A DNA stretch of 25,606 nt from Candidatus Aminicenantales bacterium. GTDB taxonomy: Bacteria > Acidobacteriota > Aminicenantia > Aminicenantales > Saccharicenantaceae. The notes beneath the pieces were generated by a model that did no database searches, had not been told where the DNA came from, and saw only the letters and a list, made by a program, of their open reading frames with translations. The position numbers were made by a program, and so were the translations under genes. The DNA is taken from the NCBI GenBank assembly GCA_049512315.1, contig JBEKXF010000012.1, positions 62,001 to 87,606 on the forward strand. The letters run 5' to 3'. How positions within the stretch are numbered: the first letter of the stretch is position 1; each line of letters begins with the position of its first letter. Shown here piece after piece: positions 18,860-25,606 of the stretch.

Positions 18860-20587
18860 GTGACGAAAACACGCGCCGGCGCCCCTCCCCCAGTTTTGCC
18901 CCAGACGACCCGCGAACCCCGCTCCCACGCCATAGAAATCAACCCCGGCTTCCGCCGCGCCCTCGACATCATGGAGGGGACGGACCGTCACGTCTTCATC
19001 ACCGGCAAGGCCGGGACCGGGAAGTCGACGCTCCTCGAGCTCTGGCGCTCGCAGACGCTCAAGCGCATCGCCGTCCTAGCCCCGACAGGGGTCGCCGCTC
19101 TCAATGTCCGCGGCCAGACGGTCCACTCGTTCTTCGGCTTCAAGCCCGACATCACTCCCGACGCCGTCCGGAAGCTCTCCAGGGCCAAGACCAAGGGCGC
19201 GGCGCCGGACCGTGCGTCTATCTATCGGAACCTCGACGCCATCGTCATCGACGAGGTGTCCATGGTCCGGGCCGATCTCATGGACTGTGTCGAGAAGTTC
19301 CTCCGCCTCAACGGCCCGCGGCCCAAGGAATTTTTCGGCGGCGTTCAGATGATCTTCATCGGTGACCTCTACCAGCTCCCGCCCGTCGTGACGAGCCGGG
19401 AGAAAGGTCTCTTCGCCGCCGACCCCTCGCCCTTCTTTCGCAACGCTTCCGGCCCGCGCGGCACCTCTTCGGCAGCGCCCCTCGCCGCAACCCCGGCCCG
19501 CTACGAGTCGCCCTACTTCTTCTCGGCCAAGATCTTCGGCGAACTGACCTTCGACATGGAGTTCGTCGAGCTCGAGAAGGTCTACCGCCAGACCGACGCC
19601 GCGTTCATCGACCTCCTCAACGCCATCCGTAACCGCTCGGTCGACGACGGCCAGATCATCCACCTCAACAGCCGCCTCCAGCCTTCCTTCTCCCCGCCCG
19701 ACACCGAATTCTACATCACGCTCACCAGCACGAACGACCTGGCCGCGGTCCGCAACCGCGAGATGCTGGCCTCGCTCCCCGGCCGAACGCGCCGTTATGA
19801 GGGGTTCATCCAGGGCGAATTCGACCGATCCTCCCTCCCGACCGATGAAGCGCTCGAGCTCAAACCCGGGGCCCAGGTCATGCTCCTGACGAACGACCGC
19901 AAGGGCCGCTGGGTGAACGGCACGATCGGCCGAGTCGCCAGGATCGTCAAGGTCGCGGACGACGACGACATCATCTGCGTCGACCTCCCCGACGGCGAGC
20001 GCGTTGACCTCTCGCCCAACACCTGGGACCTCTTCCGTTTCCGCTACGAGGCCGAGTCCGACCGGATCGAGTCGGAGTCCGTGGGCTCGTTCACCCAATA
20101 TCCCCTGCGGCTGGCCTGGGCCGTGACCATCCACAAGAGCCAGGGCAAGACCTACGACCGGGTCGTCATCGACATCGGCCGCGGCGCCTTCGCCCACGGC
20201 CAGGTCTACGTTGCCCTCAGCCGCTGCACGAGCTTCGAGGGCATCGTCCTCAAGACGCCCATCCGCAAGGGTCACATCTGGATGGACTGGCGGATCGTCC
20301 GCTTCCTGACCCGCTTCCAGTACAAGAAGGCCGAGGAGGCGCTCCCCGCCGCGGACAAGCGCGCCCTCGTCCTCGGGGCGATCCGGGCGGGCCGCGAGCT
20401 CGAGATCGTTTATCTCAAGCCGGACGACACGAAATCGCGGCGCCGGATTAGGCCCGAGGCCGTCGAGATGATGGAGTATCACGGCCGGACGTTCGAGGGA
20501 GTGCGCGCCTACTGCCACAAGCGCGGCGAGTGCCGCACCTTCCGCCTCGATCGCATGCTCGAGGTCAGCGAAATAGACAAGAGATGA
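18860..20587 (+). CDS. PIF1/RecD-like SF1B helicase with C-terminal WYL domain
   Basis: GKAGTGKS, LAPTGVAA, IDEVSM, GDLYQLPPV, VYRQ, QYPLRLAWAVTIHKSQG, GQVYVALSR; C-terminal IVY...RRIRP...AYCHKRGECRTFRLDRM. Start uncertain: GTG 18860 preferred, ORF open from 18782. Confidence 0.92.
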   Translation: MTKTRAGAPPPVLPQTTREPRSHAIEINPGFRRALDIMEGTDRHVFITGKAGTGKSTLLELWRSQTLKRIAVLAPTGVAALNVRGQTVHSFFGFKPDITPDAVRKLSRAKTKGAAPDRASIYRNLDAIVIDEVSMVRADLMDCVEKFLRLNGPRPKEFFGGVQMIFIGDLYQLPPVVTSREKGLFAADPSPFFRNASGPRGTSSAAPLAATPARYESPYFFSAKIFGELTFDMEFVELEKVYRQTDAAFIDLLNAIRNRSVDDGQIIHLNSRLQPSFSPPDTEFYITLTSTNDLAAVRNREMLASLPGRTRRYEGFIQGEFDRSSLPTDEALELKPGAQVMLLTNDRKGRWVNGTIGRVARIVKVADDDDIICVDLPDGERVDLSPNTWDLFRFRYEAESDRIESESVGSFTQYPLRLAWAVTIHKSQGKTYDRVVIDIGRGAFAHGQVYVALSRCTSFEGIVLKTPIRKGHIWMDWRIVRFLTRFQYKKAEEALPAADKRALVLGAIRAGRELEIVYLKPDDTKSRRRIRPEAVEMMEYHGRTFEGVRAYCHKRGECRTFRLDRMLEVSEIDKR

Positions 20588-20598
20588 AGGCCAGGGAC

Positions 20599-20627
20599 TT
20601 GACACGGCCATATGATGCGATTAGAAT
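20599..20627 (+). promoter_or_regulatory. Putative sigma70 promoter of the RHH/RelE pair
   Basis: TTGACA-N17-TAGAAT, then AAGGA RBS. Confidence 0.75.
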
Positions 20628-20658
20628 ACATTTGAATTAAATTGAAGGAATTCGCATC

Positions 20659-20901
20659 ATGAGCAAAACGGTCACTCTCCGCATTTCAGAAGACAATTAC
20701 AGCCTCCTCAAAGCGTACGCCAAATCGGAAAATCGGAAACTGTCGAACGCCTTGGAAACATTGGCCATGAGGCGCCTCGAAGAGGAACTGTTTGTCGACC
20801 AGTACGAGATGGACGGGATCCTCGCCGACCAGGACCTCCTCGAACGTCTCAAAACCGGGCACCTCGAGGCCAAGAAGGGCCGTGGGCGATTCGTTGAGTA
20901 A
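20659..20901 (+). CDS. Ribbon-helix-helix (CopG-like) antitoxin
   Basis: MSKTVTLRISEDNYSLLKAYAKSENRKLSNAL beta-alpha-alpha pattern, acidic middle, overlap with the toxin gene. Confidence 0.85.
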   Translation: MSKTVTLRISEDNYSLLKAYAKSENRKLSNALETLAMRRLEEELFVDQYEMDGILADQDLLERLKTGHLEAKKGRGRFVE

Positions 20902-21172
20902 CTACCGGATATTCGAGACCGGGCAATTCCAGTCCGACCTTCAGGAGCACCTCGGGCCGCGCCGGGAGAAGGTGATCGCACGGCTGCTAGTTGACGTTTA
21001 TCCCCAGCTCCGGGCACAGCCGTATTTCGGCCGGAACATCAAGAAACTCAAGGGATACAAGCCGGAGACCTGGCGGTATCGGATCGGTGGGTTTCGGTTC
21101 TTCTACGAAATTGACGACGCCCGCAAGATCGTCTTCATGATCGCCGCCGATACGCGTCAGAAGAGCTATTGA
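20894..21172 (+). CDS. RelE/ParE-family toxin
   Basis: TTG start overlapping the antitoxin end; NIKKLKGY.PETWRYRIGGFRFFYEID...VFMIAADTRQKSY. Confidence 0.9.
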   Translation: MSNYRIFETGQFQSDLQEHLGPRREKVIARLLVDVYPQLRAQPYFGRNIKKLKGYKPETWRYRIGGFRFFYEIDDARKIVFMIAADTRQKSY

Positions 21173-21200
21173 GCTTCTCTACGACACTACCACAGATCAC

Positions 21201-21267
21201 GCCCCCTTAAGTCTTCGTTTTCGACCCCGAAAACTCTGACTTAAGGCCTAGATTGGGGGGCCTTTTT
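21201..21267 (+). terminator. Hairpin cluster with T tract between convergent genes
   Basis: CCTTAAGTC (21205-21213) / GACTTAAGG (21238-21246) enclosing GTTTTCG-ACCC-CGAAAAC; overlapping AAGGCC...GGCCTT followed by Ts. Confidence 0.55.
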
Positions 21268-21346
21268 GTCCTATTTTTATTGTAATCTGTATGTTATTGT
21301 GGTCCGACCCCAACAAGGAGCGGACCGGCTCCGGCAGGCACCGCTT

Positions 21347-22114
21347 TCAATCCTTCCGGGGCGGTTTTATAGCGGAAAAAGCAACGTCGAGGACCGGGTA
21401 ATCGCGCCAATCTTTGTAATCGTAGTGCCACCATTCTTCGGGGTAGACGAAGAAATAGCCGTCGCGCTCCATCGCCTCCCGGAGGAGGTCGCGGGCCTGC
21501 CTTTGCTCGAGAGTCCCGCCCGCGTAGACGACGAATGACCTTTCCGAGGTCTCATCGTAGCCGCCCGGCATCTCGACTTCGGCGCCCGTCTTGAGGTCAT
21601 AAAGCCCTACATCCGCGGCGCAGCCCCGGTTGTGATGACTGCCGACGGCGGGGTCGGCCACGAACATCCGTTTTTCGGGAGGCGTGATCTCCCAGAATAT
21701 CTTTTGGACGGACAGGGGCCGGTAGGCATCGAAGACGACGATGCCGTAGCCGCGCCCCTTCAGCCAGCGTTGAGCGGCGACCAGGGCTTCGGCCGCGGGG
21801 CGCTGAAGATAGGCCCTGGCTTCGGGATAGACCGGCCGGCCAACGAAATTGTTCGAGGTGGCATAGCGGATATCAAGATGGATGGTCGGGTCGAGGCTTA
21901 CGATTTCCACGAGGTCGGTCGCGGGAGGCGCCCCCGTTTTTGGGGCCGGGCCCGAGCAGGAAAGCGACAGAAACGTCCAAGCGGCCAGGGGCAGGAGAAG
22001 TGAAATCAACCGTCCGGCCGGGCCCGACGCTTCGGCCCGCCTCGTGGATAGGAATTTCCTTGTTCGCGCCGCACGCGTACACCGACCCCTAGGCTCGGAA
22101 TCTTGGTCTCCCAT
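21347..22114 (-). CDS. ddpX: D-alanyl-D-alanine dipeptidase, M15D (VanX/DdpX family), probable lipoprotein
   Basis: LDIRYATSNNF, VFDAYRP, SHHNRGCAAD (SxHxxGxAxD), EEWWHY; lipobox-like LSLSC. Start uncertain: ATG 22114 follows GAGG and a TTGACT-N18-TATCAT promoter at 22153-22124. Confidence 0.9.
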   Translation of the reverse strand: MGDQDSEPRGRCTRAARTRKFLSTRRAEASGPAGRLISLLLPLAAWTFLSLSCSGPAPKTGAPPATDLVEIVSLDPTIHLDIRYATSNNFVGRPVYPEARAYLQRPAAEALVAAQRWLKGRGYGIVVFDAYRPLSVQKIFWEITPPEKRMFVADPAVGSHHNRGCAADVGLYDLKTGAEVEMPGGYDETSERSFVVYAGGTLEQRQARDLLREAMERDGYFFVYPEEWWHYDYKDWRDYPVLDVAFSAIKPPRKD

Positions 22115-22222
22115 CGCCTCATGATGATATCGCCGGCCGCGAGGCCAAGTCAACAAGCCTCTCAGGGGCGGAGACGCAATTCTTTTCTCAGGACGCCTTT
22201 GGGCGCTTTCCTTCCCTTTTGG

Positions 22223-23308
22223 TCAACTTTTCCAGACATATCTGGCGCGCAAACGGTTCAATTCCGAATCTTGCTTTAAAAATCCCTCATGCTGAAGTCG
22301 ACCAACCACGATACCGGCGGAAACGCCAATCTCTCCGGCAAACGACTCGATCGCCGCTTCATTAAAGTCCGCTTTAAGGATAAAATTCTCAAACCGCCCG
22401 GCCTCAATCAGCGAATTCGCCGCGAAACGATCCGCCTCTTTTTCCTGCCCGGCCAGTTCCGGGGAAATCTTTCGATCATCGATGAATGTTCTTTTCCCAT
22501 GGAGAAGGATATGTCCGAGCTCATGGAAAAGGCTGAACCAAAAAATATCCGCCCATTTTCCCCGGATGCTCATCAACAGAACCGCCTTGTCCGGCTTTAT
22601 CCAGAACGTCGCGCCGTGAGCGTAGGTTTTCGGGAAATGCGGGATGAGCACCAGGACGACTCCGCACCCTGCCAGAATCTGCTTGATTCCGGGAACGAAT
22701 TCAGCCGGCTCCTTCTTGCTCAGCATTCGAATCTGGCCCAGAGATTTCCTCAGCTTCCCTTTATCAAAGTTCTCCGCGGGCACTTCTGAAGCCCGCAGCT
22801 CCGCGCACCTTATCCATGCGGCCAGGGCATAATTGGACGCCTCCCGGGCACCACCGCAGCGGAAGGATGCTTCATAAGCCTTGATCCCGGGCAGGTGCGC
22901 CAAGGAAGACACACCATAAAAGCGATGGAGTTCTCTGATCTTATGCTCGCTATCCCGCGTCTTTTCGACACAGTCGAGGTCAGCGAGCTGTTTATAAGGG
23001 GTTTGCGTAAGATATCCGGACTCCTTCTGAAGCTGCTTCTTTTCCTCCAATCGGGCTTTGATGAGCCGATATCGGCTTTCCAGCCCCATCCAGATATGGG
23101 CAGGCACATCGAGGGCTTTTTCGAGTTGGAGCGCCGTAACCGGAGTAATGGCCTTCTCGCCTTTGACGATCTCATTGACCGCCTGGATGGGGCGGCCGAT
23201 GCGCCTGGCCAGCTCGGCCTGGGCGATGCGCTTGACCGCGATAACCTCGGCCAGGTACTCGCCAGGTGGAATGGGCAAATCGGAGTGGACGATTTTTTCA
23301 GTCACCAT
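22223..23308 (-). CDS. higA: HigA-family antitoxin fused to ImmA/IrrE-type metallopeptidase domain
   Basis: IPPGEYL...QAELARRIGRP...EIVKGEKAIT..TALQLE...W.GLE..Y; FWFSLFHELGH; EKEADRFA. Confidence 0.9.
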   Translation of the reverse strand: MVTEKIVHSDLPIPPGEYLAEVIAVKRIAQAELARRIGRPIQAVNEIVKGEKAITPVTALQLEKALDVPAHIWMGLESRYRLIKARLEEKKQLQKESGYLTQTPYKQLADLDCVEKTRDSEHKIRELHRFYGVSSLAHLPGIKAYEASFRCGGAREASNYALAAWIRCAELRASEVPAENFDKGKLRKSLGQIRMLSKKEPAEFVPGIKQILAGCGVVLVLIPHFPKTYAHGATFWIKPDKAVLLMSIRGKWADIFWFSLFHELGHILLHGKRTFIDDRKISPELAGQEKEADRFAANSLIEAGRFENFILKADFNEAAIESFAGEIGVSAGIVVGRLQHEGFLKQDSELNRLRARYVWKS

Positions 23309-23600
23309 AATGTTTACTCACTTCCTCCACGCAAATAATCGTGGCTCTCTCCCCCTCCAGCGTGAAGGTGAGGCGCCAACGGCCGTGAAGGGTAATACCA
23401 TATTGTCCTTCTCTTCGACCTTTTAAAGGATGGCACTCCAGTCCCGGCAATTTTCGAACCTCCGTCATATCCGATGTTTCCTGAAGGAGGTCGATCCGCT
23501 GGATATATTTCCTTGCGACGCCCGTCCCCCACGCCCGGCAGCCTTGCTGATAGCATATGTAGCACTTTTCGAGCTTGTTCGTCCGGAACGTAACTTCCAC
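23298..23600 (-). CDS. higB: HigB-family (RelE-like) toxin
   Basis: F....LEK, CHPLKGRREGQYGITLHGRWRLTF, EEVSKHY; lies upstream of and overlaps higA (toxin-first order). Confidence 0.9.
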   Translation of the reverse strand: MEVTFRTNKLEKCYICYQQGCRAWGTGVARKYIQRIDLLQETSDMTEVRKLPGLECHPLKGRREGQYGITLHGRWRLTFTLEGERATIICVEEVSKHYGD

Positions 23601-23629
23601 CGGCTTCCCGCCTGGTACCCCAAAATCCT

Positions 23630-23707
23630 TTCACCCCTGGGGTGAATGATAATAAGATAAGCGAAGCCTGAGTGGTTGTCAAGTAATTATTCACCCTAAG
23701 GGTGAAT
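23630..23707 (-). promoter_or_regulatory. higBA promoter bracketed by two palindromic operators
   Basis: TTCACCCC-T-GGGGTGAA (23630-23646) and TTCACCCT-A-AGGGTGAA (23690-23706); between them minus-strand TTGACA(23682-23677)-N17-TATCTT. Confidence 0.85.
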
Positions 23708-23744
23708 TTGATTCGCAGATCAATACTGGCCTTGCGCTCAGGGA

Positions 23745-24947
23745 TTAGGCTTCTTCCTTGAGCGTCACGATAAAGCGTTTTTCGGTGCTGATGTAGGCCT
23801 TGATCCGCTCAAGGACCTCGGGCGCCCATCGCCCTTCCGCCACCGACTTCTCGAGCACCGCGGTATCGAGTGTGCTGACGTCCTCCCAAACTCCGGCCGC
23901 CCGGAGCTCCTTCTCCAGCGCCTCCCGCTCCTCGCTCCCCTTGGCCGGCGCGACGAGCTTCTCCTTCGCCGTCACCTTTAGCCGCACGTCCGTGCCCGCG
24001 ATGGCGTTCACGCCCTCCCTCTCGGCGAAGGCGATGGCCGCCTCCCTGATCCCATCGAGCTCGGCCTCGACCGCCTTCACCTCGGCCTCGAGGTCTTTCT
24101 TCTCCCGCCAGAGCTCGGCGTAATCATCCGCGATTTTGACCCCGGGCTCGTCCTTCCACTTGTCCCTCGGCAGCGCCTCGACCTTGACCAGATGCTTCTT
24201 CGCCGGGCAGAGGTCCTGGTAAACGCACCAGTCGCAGAGGGCGCTCTCGTGCGGCGCATACTCCTTCTCGGCCTCGATCCTGTCGATGAGCGCCCCGAGC
24301 TCCGTCCTGAGCCTGTCGAGGGCCTCCGGCGACCGTGACGAGCGCATCTCGACGTCGAAGGCCACCAGGTGCCAGACAAGCCGCACCATCTTCGCGTCGG
24401 GCCAGAGCGTCTGGACGCCGACCTGGTAGAGGGCGAGCTGACGGTCCTCGTCGAGCTTCTCCTGCTCCGGCAGCTTCGAGCCCGTCTTGTAGTCGTGGAC
24501 CTCGTAAGCGCCGTCCGGGGCGACGATCAGCCGGTCGATGATGCCCTTGCACCGGTAGCGCCCCCGGTCGTCGAGCGGGAAACGGATGTACCGCTCGAGG
24601 CCCAGGACCCGTCCCTCGTCGAAGGGAGCGTGGCGCCTGTAATAGTCCTCGATGAAGCGCCGCCCCATCCGCCGGTAGTCGTCGGCCGTGCGCCCCTCCT
24701 TCCGGATCTTCACCTCGGAGTGCCAGTTCTCGGCCCAGTTCCGCTCGTAATACTCGAGCAGCTCCTCGAGCGGCACGACCCGAAAGGCGCGCTCCCCGTA
24801 GAGCCACTCCATGGCGTCGTGGAACCTCTGCCCGAGGAATGCCTCGATGCCCTCCTCGTAGCGCATGATCTTGTCGACGTATCGGAACTTGTACTGACGC
24901 GGGCATTCCTCGAAATTGTCGAGCTGCGAGATCGAATATTCGGGCAT
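23745..24947 (-). CDS. PD-(D/E)XK nuclease, RecB/AddB/Cas4-like, with four Cys and a C-terminal coiled-coil extension
   Basis: YSISQL...CPRQY, G..FH, GIIDRL...DYKTG, QLALY, CDWCVYQDLC; start at ATG 24947 after GAGGAG. Confidence 0.9.
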   Translation of the reverse strand: MPEYSISQLDNFEECPRQYKFRYVDKIMRYEEGIEAFLGQRFHDAMEWLYGERAFRVVPLEELLEYYERNWAENWHSEVKIRKEGRTADDYRRMGRRFIEDYYRRHAPFDEGRVLGLERYIRFPLDDRGRYRCKGIIDRLIVAPDGAYEVHDYKTGSKLPEQEKLDEDRQLALYQVGVQTLWPDAKMVRLVWHLVAFDVEMRSSRSPEALDRLRTELGALIDRIEAEKEYAPHESALCDWCVYQDLCPAKKHLVKVEALPRDKWKDEPGVKIADDYAELWREKKDLEAEVKAVEAELDGIREAAIAFAEREGVNAIAGTDVRLKVTAKEKLVAPAKGSEEREALEKELRAAGVWEDVSTLDTAVLEKSVAEGRWAPEVLERIKAYISTEKRFIVTLKEEA

Positions 24948-24955
24948 GGCTCTCC

Positions 24956-25480
24956 TCACTGGGGCCGGCGCCGGGCCTTGATATATTTCCCCGTTTTCTT
25001 CCCGCCCACGCGCTGGATCAGCCCCGCCTCCATGAGCGGCTTGATCAGCTTGGCCGCCCCTTGACGCGTTATGCCGAGCGCCTCCCAGATCTCGCTCGGC
25101 GCCAATCCTTCGCCGGCGTCAAGAAGCCTTAAAAGTTTCTCCTGCCTGGGCTGCAAGAAGATCTTTTTCTCTCCCGACTGGGCGATGACCGCCTGAACGC
25201 GCTTCCAAACGTCATCAAGCGTCCGCTTGAGCCCTTCGGCCGCGTATTCAAGCCACTCCGTCAGATCACCCCCGGCCCCACGCACGGCATCCAGGGCGGC
25301 ATAATAACGGGCCCTGTCGTTCCAAAAGAATTCATCCACGGAAAATATATGGTGTGAGTCGAACCCCCGGCGATACAGCTCCCAAAGCGCGATCGCCCGG
25401 CCCACGCGTCCGTTCCCATCGGCAAAGGGATGGATTTCCTCAAAACGGTAGTGGAGGACGGCTGAGGAAACGACCGGCGA
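24956..25480 (-). pseudogene. 5'-truncated Fic-family gene (catalytic motif plus C-terminal winged HTH)
   Basis: Reading upstream of the ORF-track start gives SPVVSSAVLHYRFEEIHPFADGNGRVGR (HPFxDGNGRxxR). Further upstream the frame has no ATG/GTG/TTG before an in-frame TAG at ~25565, so the N-terminal part is missing. Confidence 0.75.
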
Positions 25481-25606
25481 GAATCTGACCCGCCCCCGAT
25501 CAATGTACCAGCCCTTGAGTGAATTTTCCAGCCAAATATGCCTCCGGGGCCGGCGGCCTATAGCCTAACGAGCTATGCGGCCTAAAGCGATTGTATTCCC
25601 TTCGCC

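Noticed and set aside
18825..18862. Possible leaderless promoter (TTGCAT-N17-GAGAAT, 6 nt before GTG) for the helicase
   Set aside because: Both boxes are weak and the start codon is uncertain; not enough to call.
19076..20611. 511-aa minus-strand ORF
   Set aside because: Antisense shadow of the helicase gene.
21347..22114. vanX vancomycin-resistance call
   Set aside because: No vanH, vanA or vanRS; stand-alone M15D dipeptidases are widespread.
14771..25606. Prophage or ICE
   Set aside because: No integrase, structural, replication or conjugation genes, and no att-like repeat pair in the window.

Overview
Bacterial chromosomal window, mostly high-GC. The kinase-TPR, BNR-propeller and MacAB-type gene content would fit an Acidobacteriota/Aminicenantes-like organism, but that is inference only. 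Left part (1-14651): a MacA-type adaptor plus two MacB/FtsX-type permeases behind an ECF-like promoter, a membrane Ser/Thr kinase with TPRs, a 1641-aa secreted propeller/NPRVQ-repeat/Ig/double-LamG protein behind a strongly structured ~200-nt leader, and a BNR/VPS10-like secreted protein. Right part (14771-25606): a dense conflict/stress island with an ARPP-1 (DUF6569)-like gene, an XRE-ImmA/IrrE fusion, four type II toxin-antitoxin pairs, a PIF1-like helicase fused to a WYL domain, a VanX/DdpX-type dipeptidase, a 4-Cys PD-(D/E)XK nuclease and a 5'-truncated Fic gene. A 33-bp REP-like element occurs four times in intergenic regions, and each of its three loci carries a short local duplication. 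No rRNA, tRNA, CRISPR array, integrase or transposase was seen. All family calls come from motif recognition by eye; no searches were run.
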